A stretch of DNA of 64,000 nt from Bacteroidota bacterium (GCA_043797815.1 JAZDPG010000004.1:25442-89441), one strand, 5' to 3'. Positions 1-9,821 are shown, numbered from the stretch's first letter. A program made the numbers and translations. The notes: generated from the sequence alone by a model not told the origin.

Positions 1-253
1 GTACCAGTCGGACGGATCGGCAAACAGTGAACTGATTGAAAGGATCATGCAGGAGATTTCTGTCAATAATGTGTTGTGGGAGGCCCCCAACAAGGCGCAG
101 CAGACGATGTTCATCAAGTTGATCGGGCCCAATGTGAACCTTGGCAATATAGCCCCTGCAGAGGTAGTCTCACTTGAGGCTTTAAGGTGTGGTATGCGTG
201 GGGATACATTTTTCGATGTGTTGCCGGAAGAATTCCAATTCAGAAAATTATAA
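1..253 (+). CDS. 3' end of an unidentified protein-coding gene (frame open to window edge)
   Basis: Frame 2 is open from nt 2 to TAA at 251-253. The track ORF 47..253 is only the part after an internal Met. No family motif recognised. Confidence 0.4.
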   Translation, partial: YQSDGSANSELIERIMQEISVNNVLWEAPNKAQQTMFIKLIGPNVNLGNIAPAEVVSLEALRCGMRGDTFFDVLPEEFQFRKL

Positions 254-256
254 AGC

Positions 257-1189
257 TTGAAAACCAACATTAAAAAATATTTGCTCCTTCTCCTGCGGGG
301 TATGGGCATGGGAGCTGCTGATGTGATCCCCGGTGTATCCGGTGGTACCATTGCATTCATTACCGGCATATACGAAGAGCTCATCGATTCAATTAAGAAC
401 ATTAACCTGGCCGCGATGAGGCTGCTTTTCACCGGGAGGTGGAAATCCCTGTGGAAGCAGGTCAACGGGAATTTCCTTCTCACAGTTTTTGGAGGTGTTT
501 TTATCTCGGTACTTTCACTGGCCAAACTCCTGGAGTATCTTCTGGAACACCAGCCTGTTCTGATCTGGTCTTTCTTCTTCGGTCTTATCGTTGCCTCATC
601 CTATGTGGTTTCCAGAAAAATACCCCAATGGAAATATCCCATTCTGGTAGCCCTTGTGGGAGGGATCGGGATCGCATTCTATATTACCAGTGTTACACCG
701 GCAACAACATCTGATGCCTCATGGTTTGTGGTTTTGTCAGGTGCCATGGCCAGTTGTGCAATGATTCTCCCGGGCATTTCGGGTAGTTTCATTCTCCTGT
801 TGCTTGGTAAGTATGAATTTGCCCTTCATGCGGTCAATGAAAGGATCATCCTGGACCTGATTTTACTGGGGTCGGGCGCTGTGATCGGGCTTGTGCTTTT
901 CGCCAACCTGCTTTCATGGCTGCTGAAAAAGCACCATGATGTAACCATAGCAGTCCTGGTGGGTTTTATGATTGGTTCCCTGAATAAAATCTGGCCCTGG
1001 AAGGAAACGCTTCAGACCATCATCGTAAAAGGAGATGTGAAACCGCTTGTGGAGAAGAACATCATGCCTGCACTGGGAAATGCTGATGACCGGGTCTGGA
1101 TGGCCATCCTGATGGCCGTCATAGGTATCGCCCTGATTGTATTGATTGAACTTGTCCTGACTAAAGATTCCATTAAAATAAAGCACTAA
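257..1189 (+). CDS. DUF368-family integral membrane protein (PopT-like polyprenyl-phosphate transporter family)
   Basis: Two copies of the family signature (VIPGVSGGTIAFITGIYEEL and ILPGISGSFILLLLGKYE) and many hydrophobic segments. TTG start at 257; alternative ATG at 302. Confidence 0.85.
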   Translation: MKTNIKKYLLLLLRGMGMGAADVIPGVSGGTIAFITGIYEELIDSIKNINLAAMRLLFTGRWKSLWKQVNGNFLLTVFGGVFISVLSLAKLLEYLLEHQPVLIWSFFFGLIVASSYVVSRKIPQWKYPILVALVGGIGIAFYITSVTPATTSDASWFVVLSGAMASCAMILPGISGSFILLLLGKYEFALHAVNERIILDLILLGSGAVIGLVLFANLLSWLLKKHHDVTIAVLVGFMIGSLNKIWPWKETLQTIIVKGDVKPLVEKNIMPALGNADDRVWMAILMAVIGIALIVLIELVLTKDSIKIKH

Positions 1190-1219
1190 GTACTAAGTAT
1201 TAAGTACTTAGTACTGTGC
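1183..1219. repeat. AGTACT-type heptamer palindrome (15-bp hairpin) between the DUF368 gene and aroE
   Basis: AGTACTAAGTA (1189-1199) pairs with TACTTAGTACT (1205-1215), and GCAC (1183-1186) with GTGC (1216-1219). It overlaps the TAA stop at 1187-1189. No T-run follows. Confidence 0.8.
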
Positions 1220-1233
1220 ACCAGGCACTTATT

Positions 1234-1980
1234 ATGACTTGCTTTGGCTTAATCGGATACCCCCTTGGGCACAGTTTTTCAGTCTCCTATTTTACCAGGA
1301 AGTTTGAAGACCAGGGGATTGACGCATCATACAGGAATTTTCCTCTGGAAAGTATTTCCGGGTTCCGGGAGCTGATTCTAAACGAACCGGACCTGAGGGG
1401 GCTCAACGTCACTGTACCCTACAAAGAGATGGTTATTCCGCATCTGGATGCCCTGGATCAAACCTCCAGGACCATCGGGGCTGTGAATACCATTGCTTTT
1501 TGCAGAATAAACGGACGACTGTCCTTGATTGGACACAATACCGACGTGATAGGCTTTGAACGCTCCCTGAAGGAGCACCTGATGCCTCACCACACAAAAG
1601 CGCTGGTTCTGGGAACCGGAGGATCTTCAAAGGCGGTTGTGTTTGTACTTGATGCAATGGGCATCGGATACCGTGTGATCAGCCGCAGCAGGCGAGAGGG
1701 CTTCATGAATTATGAGGATCTGAGCCGTTCTGTCATATCAGCGTATTCCCTGATCATCAACACCACACCACTGGGGATGCATCCCCATGTGGACACGTGT
1801 CCCGGAATCCGGTACGATGCAATTTCAACAGACCACCTGCTGTTTGACCTGGTATACAACCCGGAAAAGACCCTGTTCCTGTCCCGCGGTGAACAGCAGG
1901 GAGCCACCATTGTAAACGGATATGACATGCTGGTTTATCAGGCGGAAGCCTCCTGGGAGATATGGAACAAAGAAAGGTAA
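1234..1980 (+). CDS. aroE: shikimate 5-dehydrogenase
   Basis: FGLIGYPLGHSFS N-terminus, NVTVPYKE and the NTD motif. I prefer ATG 1234 over the track's GTG 1216, which lies inside the hairpin. Confidence 0.85.
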   Translation: MTCFGLIGYPLGHSFSVSYFTRKFEDQGIDASYRNFPLESISGFRELILNEPDLRGLNVTVPYKEMVIPHLDALDQTSRTIGAVNTIAFCRINGRLSLIGHNTDVIGFERSLKEHLMPHHTKALVLGTGGSSKAVVFVLDAMGIGYRVISRSRREGFMNYEDLSRSVISAYSLIINTTPLGMHPHVDTCPGIRYDAISTDHLLFDLVYNPEKTLFLSRGEQQGATIVNGYDMLVYQAEASWEIWNKER

Positions 1981-2022
1981 GGGTTTGGGGGGTTCAGGGT
2001 TTGGCTTATTAATTGAACTGAT

Positions 2023-2787
2023 ATGGCGTCTTCATTTCAAAAGGAATTCATGGTTTCATCCTACGAGTTAAATCCACGGGGTGAGGCACGTCTTACCACC
2101 ATGGCCAACTATTTCCAGGAGATTGCCTACCACCATGCCAACGAACTTGGTTTCGGGTATGAGGATATGAAAAACCGGAAAACCATGTGGTTGCTTTCCC
2201 GAATGAAGATCCGGATGAAGAAGTACCCGGTATGGGATGACCGGATTACCATTGAAACGTGGCCCAGCGGGGTGGATAAACTATTTGCAGTCAGGGATTT
2301 CAGGGTAATGAATAAACAGGGGGAAGAGATCGGTGCGGCCAGCACCGGGTGGCTGATTGTGGATCTGAATACACACAGGCCCATCAAGCCCAAGGAAGAA
2401 CTTGATGCGTATGCCCGGATCATCTACGGAGCACCGGTATTTGATGGAAGCCTGGAGAAGATCCGGCTTCCGGATCAGCTGGAGGAATTGAACAGGCACC
2501 GTGTATTATATTCAGACCTTGACATCGTAGGCCATGTGAACAATGTGAAATACATGGAGTGGAGTATTGATACAGCCATGTTCATTGGAAACCGGGAGAA
2601 GGAGATACATGAATTTGAGATCAATTTCATGAAAGAGACAAAATTCGGAGATATGATTACCATCAGTGGTTCTCCCGGCATGGTGGTCTCTGCCAATGGT
2701 TCACACCATGTTCTGGTGGGGATCCGGGAGGAAGATGGTGCGGAGGCATTTCGTTCGCTGATCAGATGGGATGACCATGGAGGATGA
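2023..2787 (+). CDS. acyl-ACP thioesterase family protein
   Basis: Double hotdog-like layout, about 250 aa. Start motif FMVSSYELNPRGEARL and second half DLDIVGHVNNVKYMEW are typical of FatA/B-like bacterial thioesterases. Confidence 0.7.
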   Translation: MASSFQKEFMVSSYELNPRGEARLTTMANYFQEIAYHHANELGFGYEDMKNRKTMWLLSRMKIRMKKYPVWDDRITIETWPSGVDKLFAVRDFRVMNKQGEEIGAASTGWLIVDLNTHRPIKPKEELDAYARIIYGAPVFDGSLEKIRLPDQLEELNRHRVLYSDLDIVGHVNNVKYMEWSIDTAMFIGNREKEIHEFEINFMKETKFGDMITISGSPGMVVSANGSHHVLVGIREEDGAEAFRSLIRWDDHGG

Positions 2788-3555
2788 TCAATCAGGGTAT
2801 CCGATATCCACAAGGAACAAAGCGTGTGCCGGAGCTGACTGTCCGGCTTTTCCCCTGTCCCTCGATTCGATGATCGACTGGAAACCCGCACTGTCCAGTT
2901 TTCCCTGCCCTACCTCCAGGAGTGTTCCTACCACTGAGCGGACCATGTTCCTCAGAAAGCGGTCAGCCCTGATCTCAAACAGGTAACCGTTTTCCACCTC
3001 TTTCCACGTTGCAGCCATCACATGACAATTGCCGGTCTTCACATCTGAATGCAGTTTGCTGAAGCTGGTGAAATCTTCGGTGTCCAGCAGGATCTTACAG
3101 CACCTTCCAATCTCTTCCAGGTCGAGCGGTCCGTAGATGAAGTGGCTGTAATGGCGGTTATAAAGAGGCTTCACGGTGCAGAGGTGGTAGTGGTAGGTAC
3201 GGTAGGTAGCAGAATACCGGGCATGCAAATCCCCATCTACCTGCCGGATGTTGTATGCAACAATATCTTCGGGAAGAAAGCGGTTCAGTCTGAACAGGAA
3301 GCGTTCATCATCAGGCCCCGAAAACTCGCCGTTCACCTGGGCATCCCCGCCGGGCAGGAGATCAAAATGGGCCACAAAGAAGGAGGCATGGACACCCGTA
3401 TCGGTCCTTCCGGCCCCGGTTACTGCTATATCCTGCCGCAGCAGCATGGAGAGGGCATGCTGAATCACCTCCTGCACTGTTTTCCCGTTGGGTTGTACCT
3501 GCCAGCCATGATAAGCTGTGCCATCATAGGCCATATGGATGAAATACCTTGGCAT
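2788..3555 (-). CDS. truA: tRNA pseudouridine(38-40) synthase
   Basis: MAYDGTAYHGWQVQP start and the GRTDTGVHA catalytic-Asp motif. Confidence 0.9.
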   Translation of the reverse strand: MPRYFIHMAYDGTAYHGWQVQPNGKTVQEVIQHALSMLLRQDIAVTGAGRTDTGVHASFFVAHFDLLPGGDAQVNGEFSGPDDERFLFRLNRFLPEDIVAYNIRQVDGDLHARYSATYRTYHYHLCTVKPLYNRHYSHFIYGPLDLEEIGRCCKILLDTEDFTSFSKLHSDVKTGNCHVMAATWKEVENGYLFEIRADRFLRNMVRSVVGTLLEVGQGKLDSAGFQSIIESRDRGKAGQSAPAHALFLVDIGYPD

Positions 3556-3636
3556 AAATGCGAATCAATTTATAAAAATACCCTTTTATTAACATTTTTT
3601 AACCTCACATTCCTTTCTATTGGTCATTTTCACAGC

Positions 3637-3644
3637 TATTTTTG
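3637..3644 (+). promoter_or_regulatory. candidate Bacteroidetes -7 box (TATTTTTG) upstream of moxR/bat block
   Basis: Exact TAnnTTTG match 58 nt before ATG 3702. The -33 element is only TTTC (3614-3617). Confidence 0.35.
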
Positions 3645-3701
3645 TCCTCCGCTAAAGCGACGGATTTAAAGAGATGATTATTAACCATAAAGAAGCCACA
3701 C

Positions 3702-4697
3702 ATGAGTCAGGAAGTGAATATTAAAGAACTCAACGAAAGGATCAAGACCGAGAGTGAATTTGTGGATCTGATCACCCTGGAGATACAGAAGGTTATCGTG
3801 GGTCAGAAAAACCTTGTGGAGCGGTTGCTGATCGGGCTGTTGTCGGATGGACATATTCTGCTGGAAGGAGTACCAGGTCTGGCAAAGACGCTGGCCATCA
3901 CCACACTGTCCCATACCATTGATGCCAAATTCAGCAGGATACAGTTCACACCCGATCTTCTGCCGGCTGACTTGTTGGGTACCATGATATACAGCCAGAA
4001 AAAAGAGGAGTTTATCGTAAAAAAAGGACCCGTTTTCGCCAATTTGATCCTGGCTGACGAGATCAACCGCTCTCCTGCAAAGGTGCAGAGTGCATTGCTG
4101 GAGGCCATGCAGGAAAAGCAGGTAACCCTGGGCGAAGAGACCTACAAGCTTGAACGCCCTTTCCTGGTCCTGGCTACCCAGAATCCCATTGAGCAGGAGG
4201 GGACCTATCCGCTGCCTGAGGCCCAGGTAGACAGGTTCATGATGAAGGTGGTGGTCACCTATCCCAGCAGGGAGGAGGAGAAACTGATCGTCAGGGAAAA
4301 CCTGGCCCGTGAATTTCCCCATGCAATGCAGATACTGAAACCGGCGGATATCATGAAAGCCCGGGAAGTTGTCAAGGAAGTCTATCTGGATGAGAAAATC
4401 GAGAATTACATCCTGGATATCGTTTTTGCCACCAGGAATCCTGAACAGGCCGGATTGGCACACTTTGTGCCCTTAATCCAGTACGGGGGATCCCCGCGCG
4501 CCAGTATTAATCTGGCAAGGGCTGCAAAGGCATATGCGTTCATAAAGAGAAGAGGATATGTGGTTCCCGAGGATGTAAGGGCAATTTGCCATGATGTACT
4601 GAGGCACAGGATCGGGCTGACCTATGAGGCAGAAGCGGAAAACATATCCACGGAGAACATTATATCAGAGATACTGAACAATGTAGAAGTACCTTAG
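3702..4697 (+). CDS. moxR: MoxR-family AAA+ ATPase
   Basis: Walker A GVPGLAKT, Walker B LILADEINR, and the LATQNPIEQEGTYPLPEAQ(V)DRF signature. Confidence 0.9.
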   Translation: MSQEVNIKELNERIKTESEFVDLITLEIQKVIVGQKNLVERLLIGLLSDGHILLEGVPGLAKTLAITTLSHTIDAKFSRIQFTPDLLPADLLGTMIYSQKKEEFIVKKGPVFANLILADEINRSPAKVQSALLEAMQEKQVTLGEETYKLERPFLVLATQNPIEQEGTYPLPEAQVDRFMMKVVVTYPSREEEKLIVRENLAREFPHAMQILKPADIMKAREVVKEVYLDEKIENYILDIVFATRNPEQAGLAHFVPLIQYGGSPRASINLARAAKAYAFIKRRGYVVPEDVRAICHDVLRHRIGLTYEAEAENISTENIISEILNNVEVP

Positions 4698-4703
4698 ACT
4701 GAA

Positions 4704-5135
4704 ATGAAAAAAGCACTGGTCATCATCGGAATCATCACGGGATTCGGCATTACTACAGATGCACAAAACCTGGTTGGACTGCCCAAAGAGGAGGTGGTGG
4801 AACTGGTGAAAAAGGATCACAAGGATTTCAGAAAAGATGGATCAGTCATCAAACAACAGTTCAACTATCTGAAATATGTCAACGGTATGAGAACCAAGAC
4901 ATGGATTCTCTACTTTGACGATGATGACATATGCAAGACCTCCAAGATCATATGCGACTATTCCGAGATCAGGGAGATGGAGGAGGACCTTAACAGCAAA
5001 TTTGAACGCACGGGAGAATTCAACTGGGAATACAAGGTCGGATCTGACACCTTCCAGATAGAGCTGATCAGGCAGGAGTGGTATTTTACCATCCGGGAAA
5101 CCAGGAAACAAAGCGAGGAAGTAAAGGCTGATTAA
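4704..5135 (+). CDS. hypothetical exported protein inside the moxR/bat block
   Basis: N-terminal signal-like MKKALVIIGIITGFGITTDAQ. No motif recognised. Confidence 0.5.
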   Translation: MKKALVIIGIITGFGITTDAQNLVGLPKEEVVELVKKDHKDFRKDGSVIKQQFNYLKYVNGMRTKTWILYFDDDDICKTSKIICDYSEIREMEEDLNSKFERTGEFNWEYKVGSDTFQIELIRQEWYFTIRETRKQSEEVKAD

Positions 5136-5141
5136 CACGCG

Positions 5142-6005
5142 GTGGAAACAAAAGAACTCTTAAAAAAAGTACGGAAGATTGAGATCAAGACCAGGGGTCT
5201 GACCAGGCAGATTTTTGCCGGGGAGTATCACAGTGCATTCAAGGGAAGGGGTATGACATTCTCGGAAGTACGCGAATACCAGTACGGAGACGATATCCGG
5301 AACATAGACTGGAATGTGACCGCCAGGTTTAACCATCCCTTCGTAAAAGTATTTGAAGAGGAGCGCGAACTGACGGTCATGCTTCTTGTGGACGTGAGCG
5401 GGTCGGGAGCTTTTGGTACCGAAGTGCACCTGAAGCGGGATCTGATTACCGAGATTTCTGCAGTGCTCTCTTTTTCGGCCATCGAAAACAACGATAAGAT
5501 CGGAGTGATTATGTTCAGTGACCGGATTGAGAAGTTTATCCCTCCCCAAAAGGGCCGCAAGCACATTCTCAGGATTATCCGCGAGCTTCTGGAATTTGAA
5601 CCAGTAAGCAAAGGAACTGATATATCCGAGAGCCTGCGTTTTCTTACCAATGCCATTAAAAAGCGGTGTACAGCATTTGTCATATCCGATTTCAGGGACA
5701 AAGGGTATGCACGTTCACTCCAGGTGGCCAATAACAAGCATGATGTGGTGGCCCTGCACATTTACGACAGGCGGGAGGCTTCGCTTCCGGCGGTGGGACT
5801 TGTCAGGGTACAGGATGCGGAATCGGGAAGAGAGCGCTGGGTAGATACATCCAACCGCAGGGTCAGGGAGAGCTATGTCATGAAATGGGAAAGCCATGTG
5901 GAGATGATGAATGAGATCTTTACCCGTGCAGGGGTGGACAGTGTATCCATCCGCACAGGAGCCGATTATGTGAGACCTTTGATGTGGTTATTTAAGAAAA
6001 GATAG
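5142..6005 (+). CDS. DUF58 domain protein (vWA-like, MoxR partner)
   Basis: VREYQYGDDIRNIDWNVTAR motif and the position directly after moxR. GTG start. Confidence 0.85.
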   Translation: METKELLKKVRKIEIKTRGLTRQIFAGEYHSAFKGRGMTFSEVREYQYGDDIRNIDWNVTARFNHPFVKVFEEERELTVMLLVDVSGSGAFGTEVHLKRDLITEISAVLSFSAIENNDKIGVIMFSDRIEKFIPPQKGRKHILRIIRELLEFEPVSKGTDISESLRFLTNAIKKRCTAFVISDFRDKGYARSLQVANNKHDVVALHIYDRREASLPAVGLVRVQDAESGRERWVDTSNRRVRESYVMKWESHVEMMNEIFTRAGVDSVSIRTGADYVRPLMWLFKKR

Positions 6006-6006
6006 G

Positions 6007-7011
6007 ATGAAGATACACTGGAACCATATGGCAGGGATGGTCCTGCTGGCTGGGACTGTTTCATTGCAGGCCCAGCTGATCAGTGTGAAGTCCGGTCTCA
6101 GTGCCGATTCCATGATGATCGGTGACCAGGTGTTGTTCACCATTCATGTGGAAGCTGCCGGCAAGCTTCCATTTCAGATGCCCGTGATCAGGGATACCCT
6201 CTGCAGGGAGATTGAAGTACTTTTCAAATATGCTTCCGACACATCACATGTGGATGACAGGATTGTCGTTGATCATTCCTATATCATCACCAGCTTTGAA
6301 GCAGGGGTACAAATGATCCCGTCACAGCAGGTTATCTATGAATTCAACAACAGCCTGGATACGGCCCTCAGCATGCCTTTGATCCTCCGGGTCCATGAAC
6401 CTGCGGTGGATACAACCCAGCAGATCAAGGCCATCAAACCGCCCGTGAATACACCTGTTTCCCTGAAAGAGGTGCTCCCATGGCTCGCATTGGGGAGTGG
6501 CGTATGGCTTGTGGGTACGCTGGTCATGGCGCTTATCTGGATGTACAGGCAGCGCAGGAAGGACCCCGAGATCTTCTCCCTCAGGCCACAGGAACCTGCT
6601 CACATTGTTGCTTTCAGGTCACTGGATAAACTCAGGGAAGAAAAACTCTGGGAGTCGGGCAGGGTCAAACTCTATTATACCCGGCTCACCGAAATAACAA
6701 GGCAATATATTGAGCGGCAATATGGAATCCCGGCCATGGAACGGACCACTGAAGAGATTCTGGAGGCGTTCCGGAAATCCAATACCGAGGATCCCCTGCT
6801 GGATGAGATGCTGAAGGACCTGCTTGAGCTGGCCGACCTGGTTAAATTCGCCAAGGAAGATCCGCTTCCCCTTGAAAACCAGACCAATATGAACAACGCA
6901 TACCTGTTTGTACAGAAAACATACCCCTTGTTCTTTGTGGAAAGATCTGAGGAAAAGGAGAAAGCCGAAGCAAAGAAAGAGCCTGACGGAAAGGAGGAGA
7001 ATAATGAGTAA
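6007..7011 (+). CDS. membrane protein of the bat locus (BatD-like N-terminal region + DUF4381-like C-terminal region)
   Basis: Signal peptide, one central TM segment (WLALGSGVWLVGTLVMALIW), and a helical C-terminus with TTEEIL. The family assignment is tentative. Confidence 0.5.
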   Translation: MKIHWNHMAGMVLLAGTVSLQAQLISVKSGLSADSMMIGDQVLFTIHVEAAGKLPFQMPVIRDTLCREIEVLFKYASDTSHVDDRIVVDHSYIITSFEAGVQMIPSQQVIYEFNNSLDTALSMPLILRVHEPAVDTTQQIKAIKPPVNTPVSLKEVLPWLALGSGVWLVGTLVMALIWMYRQRRKDPEIFSLRPQEPAHIVAFRSLDKLREEKLWESGRVKLYYTRLTEITRQYIERQYGIPAMERTTEEILEAFRKSNTEDPLLDEMLKDLLELADLVKFAKEDPLPLENQTNMNNAYLFVQKTYPLFFVERSEEKEKAEAKKEPDGKEENNE

Positions 7012-7999
7012 CATGGCATTTGCATACCCTGCTTTCCTCTATGCCCTGATCCTGATTCCGGTGATGATTGGTTGGTATATATGGAGGGGGAGAAAAAGTA
7101 CCAGTTCCATGACCCTGTCTGGTTTTGAAAATCTGGATGAACGGGTGGGATCGTCAAGAATCTGGCTCAGGCACCTGCTTTTTGTTTTCAGGCTGGTCAT
7201 GGTCATACTTGTGGTCATTGCAATGGCAAGGCCCCAGTCCTCCAACCAGTGGGAACAGGTAACCACCGAAGGAATTGATATTGTGATGTGCATGGATGTA
7301 TCCGGAAGCATGCGTGCCATGGATTTCAGGCCAAACCGGCTTGAAGCAGCTAAAAACGTGGGTATTGAGTTTGTAAATGCCCGTCCGAACGACCGGTTCG
7401 GACTGGTTGTTTTTGCCGGGGAGAGTTTTACCCAGTGCCCCATGACCACCGACAGGGCAGTAATGATCAATTTCCTGAAGGAGATTGATTTCGGTATTAT
7501 CGAGGACGGAACGGCCATAGGAATGGGCCTGGCCACAGCCGTGAACAGGATCAAGGAGAGCAATGCCATAAGCAAAGTAATTATCCTGCTTACCGACGGG
7601 GTGAACAACAGGGGGGATGTGGGGCCTTTAACAGCAGCCGAAATTGCGGCCAGTTACGGAATCAGGGTTTATACAGTCGGTGTGGGAACCCAGGGCAATG
7701 CACCGGTCCCCGTACAGGATGCATTCGGCAGAACAGTGACCAGGAGCATGCCAGTGGAAATTGATGAGGATGTGTTGAAGAAGATCGCAGAATCAACGGA
7801 TGGGACCTATTTCAGGGCCACCGATAATCACAAACTGAGGGAGATCTATCAGCAGATCGACGAAATGGAGAAAACCAGGCTTGATGTGAAACAATTCAGC
7901 AAGAAGAAGGAGGAGTATTTCCCTTTCCTTCTGACAGCCATGTTGATCCTCATGTTTGAAATGATGCTCAGGTATACCATATTTAGAACCATTCCGTAA
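7004..7999 (+). CDS. batA: vWA-domain aerotolerance protein BatA
   Basis: N-terminal TM segment and MIDAS motif DVSGSM, at the expected operon position. The start is ATG 7004 or 7013; the track start 6908 overlaps the upstream gene. Confidence 0.85.
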   Translation: MSNMAFAYPAFLYALILIPVMIGWYIWRGRKSTSSMTLSGFENLDERVGSSRIWLRHLLFVFRLVMVILVVIAMARPQSSNQWEQVTTEGIDIVMCMDVSGSMRAMDFRPNRLEAAKNVGIEFVNARPNDRFGLVVFAGESFTQCPMTTDRAVMINFLKEIDFGIIEDGTAIGMGLATAVNRIKESNAISKVIILLTDGVNNRGDVGPLTAAEIAASYGIRVYTVGVGTQGNAPVPVQDAFGRTVTRSMPVEIDEDVLKKIAESTDGTYFRATDNHKLREIYQQIDEMEKTRLDVKQFSKKKEEYFPFLLTAMLILMFEMMLRYTIFRTIP

Positions 8000-8000
8000 A

Positions 8001-9053
8001 ATGATACAATTCGCACATAAAGGCATTCTCTGGTTCCTGTTTGCCACGCTTCTGATGCTGGTTGGTTATCTGCTGTACTGGAATCACAGAAAAAGATCGT
8101 TGAGAAAGTTGGGTGACCGTGAATTGATGGAAAAGCTCATGCCTGATGCATCCAGTTCAGCCCATCACTGGAAATTTATACTCCTCCTGCTGGGAACAGC
8201 ACTTCTGATCATCGCAGCATCGGGTCCCAGAATAGGTTCAAAACTGGAAGAGATAGAGATGAAGGGGCGTGAGATTATCATCGCCCTGGATGTGTCCAAC
8301 AGCATGCTGGCAGAGGATATCAAGCCTTCCCGCCTGGAACGGTCCCGTCAGATGATCAACCGGATGGTGGACCGGATGACCAATGATAAGATCGGCCTGA
8401 TCGTTTTTGCAGGAGACGCCTATACCCAGATACCGATTACCGATGATTATCCCAGTGTGAAAATGTTCCTCGCAGGCGCAGGTCCGGATATGGTATCCAA
8501 ACAGGGAACGGCCATTGGAGCAGCCATCAATTTGGCTGCCAGGTCCTTCTCTTCCTCTTCGGAATCGATGTCAGATGTTCAAAGCAAATCCAGTCAGGCC
8601 ATTGTGGTCATCACCGACGGGGAGAACCATGAGGATGATGCAGTGGGTGAAGCCACGGTTGCTGCCCAGAAAGGGATCCGGGTATATACGGTTGGACTGG
8701 GTGATCCCAACGGAGTGCCTATACCGGTAAAACCCGGAAGCAAATCCAACAGACGGGACAGCGAAGGCCAGGTGGTGGTGAGCAAACTTAATGAAAAATT
8801 ACTGCAGGAAGTGGCCAGTGCCGGGAATGGGGCATATATTGAAGGGGACAGGATCAACAGCCTTGTGGATGAGTTGGATAAGCTGCAGAAGAGGGACCTG
8901 AATACGAAGGTCTTCTCAGAATTTGCAGAAAGGTTCCAGTACTTTGCAGGATTTGCACTTTTGTTCCTGGTGCTTGAATTTATTTTGCGTTCCCGCAAGA
9001 ATCCCCTGTTGAAGAGGTACAACCTGTTTAAAACCAGCGAAGATGAAAAATAG
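8001..9053 (+). CDS. batB: vWA-domain aerotolerance protein BatB
   Basis: Two N-terminal TM segments, MIDAS motif DVSNSM, and a C-terminal TM. Confidence 0.85.
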   Translation: MIQFAHKGILWFLFATLLMLVGYLLYWNHRKRSLRKLGDRELMEKLMPDASSSAHHWKFILLLLGTALLIIAASGPRIGSKLEEIEMKGREIIIALDVSNSMLAEDIKPSRLERSRQMINRMVDRMTNDKIGLIVFAGDAYTQIPITDDYPSVKMFLAGAGPDMVSKQGTAIGAAINLAARSFSSSSESMSDVQSKSSQAIVVITDGENHEDDAVGEATVAAQKGIRVYTVGLGDPNGVPIPVKPGSKSNRRDSEGQVVVSKLNEKLLQEVASAGNGAYIEGDRINSLVDELDKLQKRDLNTKVFSEFAERFQYFAGFALLFLVLEFILRSRKNPLLKRYNLFKTSEDEK

Positions 9054-9801
9054 GAAGGAAATCATCAGTTTCAGCCTGTTTTCGAGGGTCATGTGGCTCA
9101 GCCTTTTGATGTCACTCTTTTTTACGCTGCAGGCGCAGAACGAGCGGAAAGTGATACGTCAGGGTGTGAAATCCTACGAGCAGGGGGATTACAGTGAGGC
9201 GGAGGTGCAGTTCAGAAAGGCGGCAGATATCAATCATCAGTCTTTCGAAGCTGGATTCAATACAGGAGCAGCGCTTTACGGACAGGAGAAATACGAAGAG
9301 ACCGCCAAAGAATATGCGGAATTGGTTGATCAGGCAAAAGATCCCGAATCCATGGCACATGTATGGCATAACATGGGGAACAGCCTGCTCGAAGCCGGGA
9401 AATACCAGGAAAGCATCGATGCATATAAAAACAGCCTCAGGATGAATCCGGGAGACCAGGATACAAAATACAACCTGGCTTACGCAAAAAAGAAACTGCA
9501 GGATCAACAACAGCAGCAACAGAACAATGATCAGCAGCAGAACAAGGACCAGCAGCAGAACAAGGACCAGCAGCAGGACAAGGACCAACAGCAGGACAAG
9601 GACCAGCAACAGGAGCAGAAGCAACAACAAAATCAGGATCAGCAGGATCAACAGCAGAACCAGCCCCAACCGCTGCAGATCTCAAAAGAGGATGCCGAAC
9701 GGATGCTGAGTGCCATCCAGCAACAGGAAAAAGATGTGAAGGATAAAGTGGATAAGAAAAAAGCTGCTGTTGCCAAGGTTAAAACTGAAAAGGATTGGTA
9801 A
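9043..9801 (+). CDS. batC: TPR protein BatC with Gln-rich low-complexity tail
   Basis: Signal/TM segment, TPR-like repeats (YNLAYAKKK), then DQQQNK-type repeats. Confidence 0.75.
   Translation: MKNRKEIISFSLFSRVMWLSLLMSLFFTLQAQNERKVIRQGVKSYEQGDYSEAEVQFRKAADINHQSFEAGFNTGAALYGQEKYEETAKEYAELVDQAKDPESMAHVWHNMGNSLLEAGKYQESIDAYKNSLRMNPGDQDTKYNLAYAKKKLQDQQQQQQNNDQQQNKDQQQNKDQQQDKDQQQDKDQQQEQKQQQNQDQQDQQQNQPQPLQISKEDAERMLSAIQQQEKDVKDKVDKKKAAVAKVKTEKDW
9503..9666 (+). repeat. CAG/CAA-rich coding microsatellite-like tract (18-nt units GACCAGCAGCAGRACAAG)
   Basis: Visible tandem units at 9541-9612 inside a longer Gln-codon run. Confidence 0.85.
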
Positions 9802-9821
9802 ATTAAACGCCGGGAACAGAG

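Noticed and set aside
3681-4463. 260-aa minus-strand ORF antisense to moxR. Similar cases: 18409-19275 (+) antisense to the PAS sensor, 10386-11126 (-) antisense to batD, 38110-38736 (+) antisense to dinB.
   Set aside because: The opposite-strand genes carry unambiguous family motifs, and these shadow ORFs have no motifs and biased composition.
6908-7003. Long N-terminal extensions suggested by the ORF track for batA (6908), the orphan gene (43545), E2 (44560), dinB (38940), SRAP (40584), AMMECR1 (54313), the YfcC-like gene (29938) and leuA (48673)
   Set aside because: Each extension overlaps the upstream gene or a repeat or leader, and precedes an internal ATG that restores the canonical family N-terminus. 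Examples are Met-Cys for SRAP, MASFDIIMPKMGES for E2 and MTRNIVHLDLD for DinB.
9112-9669. 185-aa Leu-rich minus-strand ORF
   Set aside because: It is the reverse complement of the batC Gln-codon repeat (CAG becomes CTG), so it is an artefact of the repeat.
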